A stretch of 36,371 nt of DNA from a virus (IMGVR_UViG_3300042922_000516:1-36371); one strand, 5' to 3'; positions 18,953-27,678 are shown, counted from the stretch's first letter. Numbers and translations: made by a program. Notes: generated by a model from the sequence alone, not told the origin.

Positions 18953-20422
18953 ATGAGAAGAAAAATAGTTGTACTTGCAATATTACTACTACTTATAATG
19001 GTTGGAGGAATAATGTTAATGAGTACAACCGCAGAAGCTAACATAAACATATTAGACTTATCCACTAAATCAGAATTAGGGCATTGGGTTAATTATATTC
19101 ATGGATCGTTTGAAAGTTATCCAACTAATAAATGGATATCATTTTATTATCATAGTACACCGATACCTGTAATTCCAGGTCAAGTATTAAGTAGAATGCA
19201 TGGAGAAGATGGCACAGCTTTTTTTGATAAAGACATGGCTTTTGTATCCGGTTTCACAACTGCCATAATAACGGTTCCTACTAATGCAAAGTTTGTAATT
19301 GCAAATGTTACAGATTCGCACCTAGACGAGCAGTTGATATTAGTTTCTGATGTGCCTAAAGATGTTCTCCCTAACGCACCTGTTGTTGAACCAACGCCCG
19401 ATACAATTAAATATCAACTTAACTTACCACTAACTATTTATGGAGTTGTGGGTAAGGAAATAAATGTGTATTTGGATAATCTAATGATTGACGATGCAAA
19501 TAAGTATGATTTTAATATTGAATGTGCTATTGGAATACAACAAACAGAAAGATGGACAGCCACACCAACGGCTCCAATAAACACTAATCTTTCAATAGAC
19601 GTATATAAAAAATATGGAGATGTAACCGACATACTAACAAGAACAGTATCAACTTTGAAAATTGCGCCTGTATCAGCAGGAAATGGTTTAAATAAGAAAT
19701 ACTTACAAATAGGCGATAGTACAACTGCACAAATGATGGATTTTGGTTATGTAGTAGGTAACTTTACTAATGATGCAATGTCGCTTACTCAAATAGGAAC
19801 ACAAGGTATGGGGATAAATAAGCATGAAGGTTATCCTGGAAAAGATACCAATTTCATTTTTAGTGACCCCGGAAGTCCATTTGTTTTTAATAGGATATTT
19901 GATTTTTCAAAATATATGAGCGTGAATGGATTTGATGGTGTTGATTTTGTAACACTTAGTTTTGGTATTAATGATATGTATGGTATGAATTCAGATGCAA
20001 AAGCTAAAGAAAAAATATTAGCATCTATGCAACAGTATGAATCTATAATAACTAATATACACGCATACAACCCCAATATAAAAATAGGTATTCTACTTAC
20101 AATACCACCTGCTAAATCGCAAGATGCATTCGGAGCAGATGGTCCTTATTCACAAACACGATTTAGACATAAGCGAAATATAATGCTCTGGACAAAACAA
20201 TCTATTGCACAGTTCAGCAAACGAGAAACATCAAACATTTATGTTGTTCCTTATGCATCGAATTTAGATACTGTTAATAATTTTGCCGTTCAAACAGCAC
20301 AAATTAACGCTCATAACCCTAATACAATTAATCGACAAGCTAACGCTCTCCATCCAGACTATGATGGATGTTGGCAAATGGCTGATAGTATTTATTATTG
20401 GATTAAAAATATGGTGCATTAA
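18953..20422 (+). CDS. Exported/membrane-anchored SGNH hydrolase, paralogue of the RBP C-terminal region
   Basis: MRRK + hydrophobic stretch + AEA signal-like N-terminus; collinear similarity to the RBP (FESYPTN.WISFYYHS, QANALHPDY.GCWQMADS.Y.WIKN). Confidence 0.88.
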   Translation: MRRKIVVLAILLLLIMVGGIMLMSTTAEANINILDLSTKSELGHWVNYIHGSFESYPTNKWISFYYHSTPIPVIPGQVLSRMHGEDGTAFFDKDMAFVSGFTTAIITVPTNAKFVIANVTDSHLDEQLILVSDVPKDVLPNAPVVEPTPDTIKYQLNLPLTIYGVVGKEINVYLDNLMIDDANKYDFNIECAIGIQQTERWTATPTAPINTNLSIDVYKKYGDVTDILTRTVSTLKIAPVSAGNGLNKKYLQIGDSTTAQMMDFGYVVGNFTNDAMSLTQIGTQGMGINKHEGYPGKDTNFIFSDPGSPFVFNRIFDFSKYMSVNGFDGVDFVTLSFGINDMYGMNSDAKAKEKILASMQQYESIITNIHAYNPNIKIGILLTIPPAKSQDAFGADGPYSQTRFRHKRNIMLWTKQSIAQFSKRETSNIYVVPYASNLDTVNNFAVQTAQINAHNPNTINRQANALHPDYDGCWQMADSIYYWIKNMVH

Positions 20423-20423
20423 G

Positions 20424-20446
20424 GCATAATAGGACTATAATAGCGA
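20424..20446 (+). other. Degenerate cassette site GCATA-ATAGGACTATAA-T(A)GCGA
   Basis: Spacer 11/12 identical to the site at 18531; 1 bp after a stop codon. Confidence 0.45.
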
Positions 20447-20641
20447 CCCGATCATTGTATTATTTTGTAAGATATAGGATAATGAATGAAATACAATACG
20501 GAGGTCGGAATGAAGAATTATATAGAATTGCCTAAGAAACCAGAGGTTTTACAACTAACACCAAAACCACATAAAGAAACGAAAGGGCTTACCCCATAGG
20601 TAGGCTCTTTTATTATGACAAAATATGAAAGAAGGTGCTCT

Positions 20642-20896
20642 ATGAATGATCTAGTATGCACTGAAAAACACAAGAACATAGATAATCGGTTTGAAACTCA
20701 TGAAAAAAGATTGAACAGCCATGCGGACCAACTGGACGTGTTAGCTAAGAGTGATGCAGTTAACACTATTATGATTACTCAAATATGTAAGAAGCTTGAT
20801 GGATTAACAACGGCTATATGGGCTTTAGTATTAACATTTGCAGGAGGCCTTATTGGCTTCTTTTTTTACGCAATACAAACAAAAATATTTAATTAA
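20642..20896 (+). CDS. XhlA/hemolysin-family lysis membrane protein
   Basis: HE.RLN.H...LD.L coiled coil plus C-terminal TM; first gene of the lysis cassette. Confidence 0.8.
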   Translation: MNDLVCTEKHKNIDNRFETHEKRLNSHADQLDVLAKSDAVNTIMITQICKKLDGLTTAIWALVLTFAGGLIGFFFYAIQTKIFN

Positions 20897-20910
20897 TGGA
20901 GGTAGTTGAA

Positions 20911-21246
20911 ATGTTAGAAAAAATATTAACTATATTATGGGAATGGAGATTAATTATATTGCTGGCCATAGGCGGTATATTATACTGTCTGTTTGAGTGG
21001 GAGAGAGCAAAGACATTAATATATGCAGGCATAGCTCAGGCAAAGAGATATGCAAAAGACCAGGTGCTGAAGAATGGAAACCAACAAGAAGAGTATGTTG
21101 TTAAATTGGCTCTGCAGTATCTTCCTTTATCGTTAAAAATATTTTTAAGTGAGAAGATAATTAGGAGATTAGTCAAATCTTTATATTCAAAATTAGGAGA
21201 TTATATTGACGATGGAATATTAAATGATACTTATAAACTGGAGTAG
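20911..21246 (+). CDS. Putative holin
   Basis: N-terminal TM, D..DDG.LN tail, located between XhlA and endolysin. Confidence 0.65.
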   Translation: MLEKILTILWEWRLIILLAIGGILYCLFEWERAKTLIYAGIAQAKRYAKDQVLKNGNQQEEYVVKLALQYLPLSLKIFLSEKIIRRLVKSLYSKLGDYIDDGILNDTYKLE

Positions 21247-21282
21247 GCGAAAGCCTGCTCTTCCTTTTATGGAGGTATAACT

Positions 21283-22008
21283 ATGAATAAGAAGCCTATA
21301 TATTATAAGCAATCAGATCCTAAGTGGGGAAAGATACCTTATACAATTGATAGTGACAAAAATGAAACCATAGGAGCTTCTGGATGCGGACCTACATCTG
21401 CAGCAATGATAATTGCCAGCGTTAAGGATGCAAAGATTACTCCGGTAGAAATGTGTAAACTGGCAATTGAATTGAAGGATAGAACTGCAAACAGTGGTAC
21501 TGAATGGGAGTTCTTTGGAAAGGTAGCAACCAAGTACAGTATCCCCTTTATACAATCTGGGAGCACCAAAGATGCTATAGAAGCTTTAAAGCAAGGAGCT
21601 TATGTAATCTGTAGCATGAAGCCCGGGAAGTTTACAAAGGGCGGTCATTATATATTAGCATGGGATTTTAAGGATGGAAACCTAATAGTCCACGATCCTG
21701 CTAGTACGTTACAAGCACGCACATTTGGCGATATAAAGACTTTTGAGACTCAATGTAAACAGTACTTTATGTTCTTTGTTAATCAGTTGATTCAGGAATC
21801 TAAACTTCCAACGCTAGAAAAAGGCATGAACAATCAATATGTCAATACACTTCAAGAACTGCTAAATAAATATGGTTATAAATTAACTGCTGATGGTGAC
21901 TTTGGAATAAAAACAGAGAGTGCTGTAAGAGATTTTCAGCGCATTAAGGGGCTTATTCCTGATGGTGTTGTAGGACAAAAGACATTGGATAAACTTTATG
22001 GGGTGTAG
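21283..22008 (+). CDS. Endolysin: C39-like cysteine peptidase plus PG_binding_1 domain
   Basis: YY.Q.D..W...SGCGPTS.AM...GHYI...DP; C-terminal V..LQ..L...GY....DGDFG..T..AV..FQ...GL..DGVVG..T. Confidence 0.88.
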   Translation: MNKKPIYYKQSDPKWGKIPYTIDSDKNETIGASGCGPTSAAMIIASVKDAKITPVEMCKLAIELKDRTANSGTEWEFFGKVATKYSIPFIQSGSTKDAIEALKQGAYVICSMKPGKFTKGGHYILAWDFKDGNLIVHDPASTLQARTFGDIKTFETQCKQYFMFFVNQLIQESKLPTLEKGMNNQYVNTLQELLNKYGYKLTADGDFGIKTESAVRDFQRIKGLIPDGVVGQKTLDKLYGV

Positions 22009-22030
22009 CTTCGGCTGCACCTTTTTTATT
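22002..22030 (+). terminator. Late operon terminator
   Basis: GGTGTAGC-TTCG-GCTGCACC followed by a T-run. Confidence 0.85.
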
Positions 22031-22047
22031 TTTTTGCAGTTTTAATG

Positions 22048-22068
22048 CAAACGTATGTTTGGTATAAT
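22048..22068 (+). promoter_or_regulatory. SOS-box-like palindrome overlapping an extended -10 promoter
   Basis: CAAAC-GTAT-GTTTG (cf. Bacillota GAAC-N4-GTTC) and TGGTATAAT. Confidence 0.45.
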
Positions 22069-22095
22069 ATATTAAAATGTGTGTGGAGGGATAGC

Positions 22096-22377
22096 ATGGC
22101 CGGAGAGAAATATCTTGTTGAGTGCATAGCTACTTTTGATCCAAGAGGTGGTATCAGACCTAATAGAATAAAATTTGAAGATGAAGATGGAGTCCATGTT
22201 ATTAAGGTCGATAAGGTTATTGAGCAAGATGTAAATAATACATTTGGCACAAGAAATGGCAATCAAAATAAAGCTTATACATTTAAGTGTCAATCAATAA
22301 TTGAGGATATATTAATATCTTTTAAACTGCAGTATGACCAGCAATCATGTAAATGGCATATGCTTAAGGTGGGTTAA
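22096..22377 (+). CDS. Hypothetical protein, possibly SOS-regulated
   Basis: GGAGGG RBS before ATG 22096; own promoter. Confidence 0.7.
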   Translation: MAGEKYLVECIATFDPRGGIRPNRIKFEDEDGVHVIKVDKVIEQDVNNTFGTRNGNQNKAYTFKCQSIIEDILISFKLQYDQQSCKWHMLKVG

Positions 22378-22394
22378 GGATAATTATTATATAG

Positions 22395-22421
22395 GAAGGA
22401 TTTAATCATCTTAAATAGAAT
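22395..22421 (+). promoter_or_regulatory. Putative SigH-type promoter
   Basis: GAAGGATTT-N11-ATAGAAT. Confidence 0.55.
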
Positions 22422-22454
22422 ACTTCCATATAATACTACAGATGGGGTGTTTAT

Positions 22455-22658
22455 ATGGGAGTACGCAACAACCTTAAGGAAATCCGGATGAAAAAGTTTA
22501 TGTTGAGTCAAACAGAGTTTGCTAAGCTGCTCGGAATAAATTATAGACAGTATAACAAGTATGAGAACGGTACAGTTCCTGAGTCTGAAACAATGCTTAA
22601 GATAGCAATTAAACTCGATAAAAAAGTTGAAGATATATTTTACCTGATTGAAGAATAG
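22455..22658 (+). CDS. XRE-family HTH regulator
   Basis: NNLKEIR...SQTEFAKLLGI...YNKYENG..P....LKIA..L...VEDIF. Confidence 0.9.
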   Translation: MGVRNNLKEIRMKKFMLSQTEFAKLLGINYRQYNKYENGTVPESETMLKIAIKLDKKVEDIFYLIEE

Positions 22659-22676
22659 CAATCAGGTATTTTTTTA
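22641..22676 (+). terminator. Terminator at end of HTH gene
   Basis: TACCTGATTG-N8-CAATCAGGTA followed by a T-run. Confidence 0.65.
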
Positions 22677-22758
22677 TTAACAAAATGAGTTAGGACAGAC
22701 ATTAAATGAGTTTTAAAGGCATAATATAAACTAAGAATATAAAAAGGGAAGTGTTAGC

Positions 22759-22959
22759 TTGGGTGATGGGGTAGCTTTAATTGCAAAGTTGTTCGGCTTA
22801 GGTATTATTTTAACTATAGCAGAAATGGTACTAAATAAATCAGGGAAGAATGATGTTGCTTTTGGCATAGGGCTTGCTGGTGTTGCAATTATTATGATTA
22901 TAGTAGTTGCACAGGTAGCAAAGTTATTTGGCACAGTTACTACAATGTTTAGTTTATAG
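22759..22959 (+). CDS. SpoIIIAC/AD-like two-TM membrane protein
   Basis: LI.K..G.GI.....VL.KSGK...A....LAGV.I....V...V..LF..V.TMF.L, the SpoIIIAC pattern. Confidence 0.75.
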   Translation: MGDGVALIAKLFGLGIILTIAEMVLNKSGKNDVAFGIGLAGVAIIMIIVVAQVAKLFGTVTTMFSL

Positions 22960-22970
22960 GGGGTGCAGAA

Positions 22971-23060
22971 ATGTATGAGTTAATAAGAAACAATAATTGG
23001 CTCGCTTGGGGTATAGCCATAGCAGGGATTGCGCTCATGGTAGTGATTGCTATATGGTAG
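22971..23060 (+). CDS. 29-aa single-TM peptide (MYELIRNNNWLAWGIAIAGIALMVVIAIW), not in ORF track
   Basis: GGGGGTG RBS; stop overlaps FtsK ATG at 23054. Confidence 0.55.
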   Translation: MYELIRNNNWLAWGIAIAGIALMVVIAIW

Positions 23061-24250
23061 TTGATATATTTGGCTTTGGTGAGTTTGCATCTGAGCTAAT
23101 AAAGACCTTAATTGGCGGGGGCATCTTGGCAGGTGTCCCTTTATACTATACTTTCTTCCGAAAAAGGAATAAAGTCTTTAATAACCTCATGCTGGAGGTA
23201 GGGTTAAAAAATAAGAAGGATAAAGTTCCTTTGGTGATCAGCGAACAGGAAAAAGAGTATGGCAAGAATTATGTGTTACACGTTCCTGAAGGTTTATGCA
23301 TTGATGATTTAGAGAAGGGAAGAACTAAATTGGAGCATACCTTAGGTGGCACTTTGGAATTTGAGAATATAGGCCATCAGAATATACTTATGAAGCAGAT
23401 TAGTATGAAGCTTCAGCAGATATATAAATACAACTATGAGAAGCTTCCAATAATGAAATTTGCACTAGGTTACAGCTATATCGGCAAAGAATACTTAAAA
23501 TTATGTAATGATGATGTATCTATATTAGTAGGTGGTGGTACCGGTAAGGGTAAGAGCAGTTTCATACATCTTTTATTGGTGCAACTTATTTTAAACAATC
23601 ACAATATGATAGACATTTACTTGTCTGACCTAATGAGAAAAGAATTCATGGTCTATGAAAAATGCAAGTATGTAAAGGACCTATGCTACGATATTGATGA
23701 AACTCTGCAGATGCTATATAAACTAAAACGTATATTGCATGACAGGATGCAATGCTTTGAGGCTGGAATAAACAATATCTATAAGTATAATGCTAAATAT
23801 CCTAACAAGAAGTGGAAGTTTATTATATGCTTTATAGATGAATTCGCAGACATTACACTTACCCCAAACAAAAAGGATAATATAGAAACACAACTCTTGT
23901 TGTCTGAGCTCGAAAGAAAAGGCCGTGCAATTGGTATGCATTTTGTACTATCAACACAGCATCCAAATGCACAAACAGTTCCAGCTTGCATAAAAAAACA
24001 CTTGTTAGTTAATGTAGCTTTCTCTGTCCAGGATAGATATTGTAGTGAAGCAATTATTGATCATTCAGGAGCAGAGAAACTAAAAGAAACTGGAAGGGCA
24101 ATAGTTAAGAATAGTGAGGGAGAAAAAGAGATTCAAACATTTTATGTTGATGTGGACCAAGTTGAAGATTTGATAAAGCATACCTTTATTGAAAAGACTG
24201 AGACAACTGAAAATGATGTAATTGGAGTTGCAAGAAAATGCTTGAGCTAG
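23054..24250 (+). CDS. FtsK/SpoIIIE-family ATPase with N-terminal TM
   Basis: GGGTGKGKS Walker A, FIDEFAD Walker B, R.GRAIG.H..LSTQ.P, GAEKL...GR. Confidence 0.92.
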   Translation: MVVDIFGFGEFASELIKTLIGGGILAGVPLYYTFFRKRNKVFNNLMLEVGLKNKKDKVPLVISEQEKEYGKNYVLHVPEGLCIDDLEKGRTKLEHTLGGTLEFENIGHQNILMKQISMKLQQIYKYNYEKLPIMKFALGYSYIGKEYLKLCNDDVSILVGGGTGKGKSSFIHLLLVQLILNNHNMIDIYLSDLMRKEFMVYEKCKYVKDLCYDIDETLQMLYKLKRILHDRMQCFEAGINNIYKYNAKYPNKKWKFIICFIDEFADITLTPNKKDNIETQLLLSELERKGRAIGMHFVLSTQHPNAQTVPACIKKHLLVNVAFSVQDRYCSEAIIDHSGAEKLKETGRAIVKNSEGEKEIQTFYVDVDQVEDLIKHTFIEKTETTENDVIGVARKCLS

Positions 24251-24804
24251 ACAAAAAGATATTAAGCTTTATAGAAATGTTTCATGCTGCCAATACAAAA
24301 CAGATCCAAAGAGCTTTTTACAAATCTCAGAAGCAGGGAACGTTTTTATGTGAGAGAAAATTAAGAAAGTTATATGAAAGGAATCTTTTAAAACGTCACA
24401 GAATCGTTTTAAACGAACCCTATATATATTACTTTACGAAGAGCAAACAGATAACACACCACCTAATTGTGACGGAGCTATATTGTAATTTGTTAGAGCA
24501 TAAAGGGAATATAATAAGTTTTGAAGTTGAGGAAGTAATAGAAGATATAAGACCAGATGCAATATGCCAATTTGAATTGAATGGAGACATATATCAATAC
24601 TGTATCGAGGTCCATATAAGCAACAATAATTTTGATCAAATTAAGTATGAACGATTTTATAGGTCAGGAGCCTGGAAGAAATACTTTAAGATATTTCCTG
24701 CAATTGTAATCATAAGCGATAGAAAGGTTAATCTTAAGGATACCAAATTGATTTTTATTCAGATTGGTACAGCGTTTAAGGATATAGACAAGATATTTAT
24801 ATGA
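24238..24804 (+). CDS. Replication-relaxation (Replic_Relax)-like protein
   Basis: N-terminal wHTH, H.L...E.Y, IRPDA...IEV.....K...Y PD-(D/E)XK pattern; coupled to FtsK gene. Confidence 0.8.
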   Translation: MLELDKKILSFIEMFHAANTKQIQRAFYKSQKQGTFLCERKLRKLYERNLLKRHRIVLNEPYIYYFTKSKQITHHLIVTELYCNLLEHKGNIISFEVEEVIEDIRPDAICQFELNGDIYQYCIEVHISNNNFDQIKYERFYRSGAWKKYFKIFPAIVIISDRKVNLKDTKLIFIQIGTAFKDIDKIFI

Positions 24805-24981
24805 TGGGGTAGATAGTATCTATTCCATCATTATTTGTATTATGATGTGTATTTTACATTGTATTATCGGTTAATACATATTGTAAGGTGTAAGTCTTTG
24901 GATGCCAAGATCTGGACAAACGCTAGTTTATAAGAATAAGACTACAGTAGCTACTACAACGGAAAATAGATATGCGTATTA

Positions 24982-25011
24982 ATGATATATTAACATCTGT
25001 TAATATATCAT
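24982..25011. other. Perfect 14-bp inverted repeat with 2-bp centre; candidate attP
   Basis: ATGATATATTAACA-TC-TGTTAATATATCAT overlapping the integrase stop codon. Confidence 0.5.
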
Positions 25012-26525
25012 GACTGAGAGAAAGTCAACGCTTTTCCAGACTCATTATCCAACCATAACTTGATATATTCGATATCTTTATCATTAGTAATTTTAATCTC
25101 TTGGACTATTGTACGTATTAGTCTTTTTTTATCTTCAATAGATGCAACTTGTATAAGCTTCACAAAGGCATCTATAGTAAATAATGCCTTTTCTAATGCT
25201 ATTGGATTACTTCTATGCATTTCTACCTCTCTGGCTAATTCTGTGCGCTTTGACGATAGTGATTGTATTTCACTTTCAATCTTATTAAGTCTTTCTAAAA
25301 ATATCTTCTTATCATTTATCTCTTCGGATTCAAACATTTCGAAATAACTGTTTTTAGTTTTCTCCAATTTTACAAGTTGTGACTCAATGTGCTTTAATTG
25401 CTTTTCAATTGGTGCTAAATCTTTCTCGGCTTCTTTATTTGTCTTTGTAATAGAATCCTCAATAAGGTTGGTGTTTTCAGCGAGTCCCAAAATTATAGCA
25501 ATTGCTTTGTTTTCGAGCTTATCAGCAGAAATATAACCAAGCTTGCAGTCGTGTTTTGCGGTTTCTCTATTACATTTGTAATATCTGTATCTATAGTTAT
25601 AGTTCTTGCCAGCAGCACTTGTTTTATTTGCAGTGTTATATGTTCCACATAAAGGGCTGTTGCACAAAGGGCACTTTATAAGTCCAGTGAGAAGAAAAGT
25701 TCCTTCTTCATGATTGCGTTGAGTCAAGGTAGACCTGGTGCTCCTACGAGATTGCGCGGCATTATAAATTTCTTCACTAATCAATGGGGAATGGTTTCCT
25801 TGTACCGTATACTCATTTTCGGTATTTGTGTTATGTCTAACTAATCCTATATAAGTAGGATTTTTAAGTATTACACCCACAGAAAAATGAGTGAATCGAA
25901 TATCTCTCTTTGTCTTATAACCACTATCGTTTAGATATTTTGTTATCGCATGTAAGCTATATTCTTTATTTACATATAAATCAAATATAGTTCTTACTGC
26001 ATCAGCTTCGTGATCATTTATAATAAGCTTCTTATCTTTCCAATCGTAGCCATATATATGTCCACCCGATTTATTGCCTTGCCTTATACGTTCCTTCAAT
26101 CCCATCTTTACATTCTCAATGATAGTATTTCTTTCGAATTCTGCTATGGATCCTAATAATTGAAGTGTCATTTTCCCTACTGGAGTAGAGGTGTCAAATT
26201 TTTCAGAATAGCTGATAAAGCTTACTCCACTTTTATCAAACATATCAACAATGTTTAATAAATCTTTTAAACTGCGGCTTAGACGTGATATTTTCCAAAC
26301 TAAAACAGAATTAAATAAGCCCTTAGTACTATCCTCAATTAATTGATTTAGTCCTGGCCTGTTGATTGTATCTTTTCCTGATATACCTAGATCCTTGTAT
26401 ATACTATATATTTCAAGTCCAAACAAATTACAGTACTGTGTAAGGGTTTCAATCTGTCCAGAGACAGACATACCCTCTGTAGCTTGTTCTTCAGTTGATA
26501 CCCTCACATATATTGCTGCTTTCAT
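25008..26525 (-). CDS. Large serine recombinase (integrase)
   Basis: AIYVRVSTEEQ catalytic Ser, D.GISG...RPGL, SRLSR, recombinase domain, Zn ribbon LIKCPLC...YYKC, coiled coil. Confidence 0.95.
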   Translation of the reverse strand: MKAAIYVRVSTEEQATEGMSVSGQIETLTQYCNLFGLEIYSIYKDLGISGKDTINRPGLNQLIEDSTKGLFNSVLVWKISRLSRSLKDLLNIVDMFDKSGVSFISYSEKFDTSTPVGKMTLQLLGSIAEFERNTIIENVKMGLKERIRQGNKSGGHIYGYDWKDKKLIINDHEADAVRTIFDLYVNKEYSLHAITKYLNDSGYKTKRDIRFTHFSVGVILKNPTYIGLVRHNTNTENEYTVQGNHSPLISEEIYNAAQSRRSTRSTLTQRNHEEGTFLLTGLIKCPLCNSPLCGTYNTANKTSAAGKNYNYRYRYYKCNRETAKHDCKLGYISADKLENKAIAIILGLAENTNLIEDSITKTNKEAEKDLAPIEKQLKHIESQLVKLEKTKNSYFEMFESEEINDKKIFLERLNKIESEIQSLSSKRTELAREVEMHRSNPIALEKALFTIDAFVKLIQVASIEDKKRLIRTIVQEIKITNDKDIEYIKLWLDNESGKALTFSQS

Positions 26526-26572
26526 AGTTCACCCCTAATTATAGATAAAATAAAATGCCCTAAGGCATTAAA

Positions 26573-27124
26573 TTATACATCGAATAAAAGTTTGTCGAGA
26601 ATCAGATCTAGTTTTTTATTGGCAGTAGAAACGGTATTAGTTTTATTTATGTTAATATATCTCTTTTCGATTACTTCGGTAGATACAAAGAAAACATCTG
26701 ACAACCATTCTTTATCATATGGCCTAATCACGAATTGCTTATCAGGAACTAGAAACTGTGCCGCAAATTCATTGGCCTCTTCTTCTATGTAATCTAGTTT
26801 AGCTTTATCAGTACTTGCATAGAACATATAATGTTTTAATAATATGTGCCCCAGCTCATGGGCAAGGGAAAAATTTAATCGTTTATGTAAGTAAGGGCTA
26901 GTCCTATTTTTATTTATAATAATGGCAGTCACATCATGTATAGGATCATAATTAGCCACTACATCTGCACTGCCTTGTATATCAATTTGCCTTATTATTA
27001 TTTTATCACTATAAAACTTCTTTAATAGTTGTGGCATTTTAATTGGATATTCTGCTATTTGCAATTGCTTGTGGATTTCTTGTACCTTGGCTGCTACTAA
27101 ACCAAGACGATAATCACTTATCAT
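26573..27124 (-). CDS. ImmA/IrrE-family metallopeptidase (anti-repressor)
   Basis: NFSLAHELGH...EEEANEFAAQFL; ATG 27124 overlaps repressor end. Confidence 0.9.
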   Translation of the reverse strand: MISDYRLGLVAAKVQEIHKQLQIAEYPIKMPQLLKKFYSDKIIIRQIDIQGSADVVANYDPIHDVTAIIINKNRTSPYLHKRLNFSLAHELGHILLKHYMFYASTDKAKLDYIEEEANEFAAQFLVPDKQFVIRPYDKEWLSDVFFVSTEVIEKRYININKTNTVSTANKKLDLILDKLLFDV

Positions 27125-27539
27125 TATCCTTTTCCTTTTCAGCTCTTTCTCTAAGGAACTTTTCAATAAGCAAAGCAGAATATTCTTTGATTTTTTGTCT
27201 TTCTTCCACAGGAAGGTCAGTAGCCCTACACATCTGTATTAGCATTTCAGGGTCTATTTTATAAAGGTTTTCTGTTTCTTTGAAAATTTCGGATTTCTCT
27301 TCAACGTGATAAGGTTTCATAATATCACTTCTACCAAGCAAATAGTCAAGAGAAACATCAAAAAGGTCGGCTAATTTTAAAAGTATATCTTCATCTGGAA
27401 ATCTGTATCCATTTTCCCAATTACTGATAGTACCTTTATGTACATTTATAAATTTAGCACATTCTTCTTGCGTATATTTCTTTTGTATTCGTAATGACTT
27501 CAATCTATCTCCGAAATTACTCACAACCTCACCCCTCAT
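27114..27539 (-). CDS. CI/ImmR-like XRE repressor
   Basis: FGDRLKSLR...TQEE.A....V.K.TISNWENG.R.P...L.KLADLFDVSLDYLLGR. Confidence 0.92.
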   Translation of the reverse strand: MRGEVVSNFGDRLKSLRIQKKYTQEECAKFINVHKGTISNWENGYRFPDEDILLKLADLFDVSLDYLLGRSDIMKPYHVEEKSEIFKETENLYKIDPEMLIQMCRATDLPVEERQKIKEYSALLIEKFLRERAEKEKDNDK

Positions 27540-27623
27540 TATTATAATTATATCATTATTCGTTAAAATATAAATATATGACGTCGAAACGTATATTTAT
27601 TAATAAAATATTTAAAAAATATA

Positions 27624-27678
27624 TTGACTAACGTCAAATTGACGTATATAATCAAAATATAAGTTGTCAATATGACGA
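27624..27678 (+). promoter_or_regulatory. Lytic SigA promoter with repressor operators
   Basis: TTGACT-N17-TATAAT (27624-27652); palindrome ACGTCAA-A-TTGACGT fills the spacer (27631-45); second copy TTGTCAA-T-ATGACGA (27664-78). Confidence 0.8.

Noticed and set aside
16546-20422. Diversity-generating retroelement (template/variable repeat) explaining the SGNH duplication
   Set aside because: No reverse transcriptase in the genome; differences are spread over the whole gene, largely at third codon positions, and are not adenine-specific.
16804-20446. Invertible tail-fibre shufflon (Gin/Rci type)
   Set aside because: All modules and sites are in direct orientation and no inverted alternative head was found, so insertion/excision fits better.
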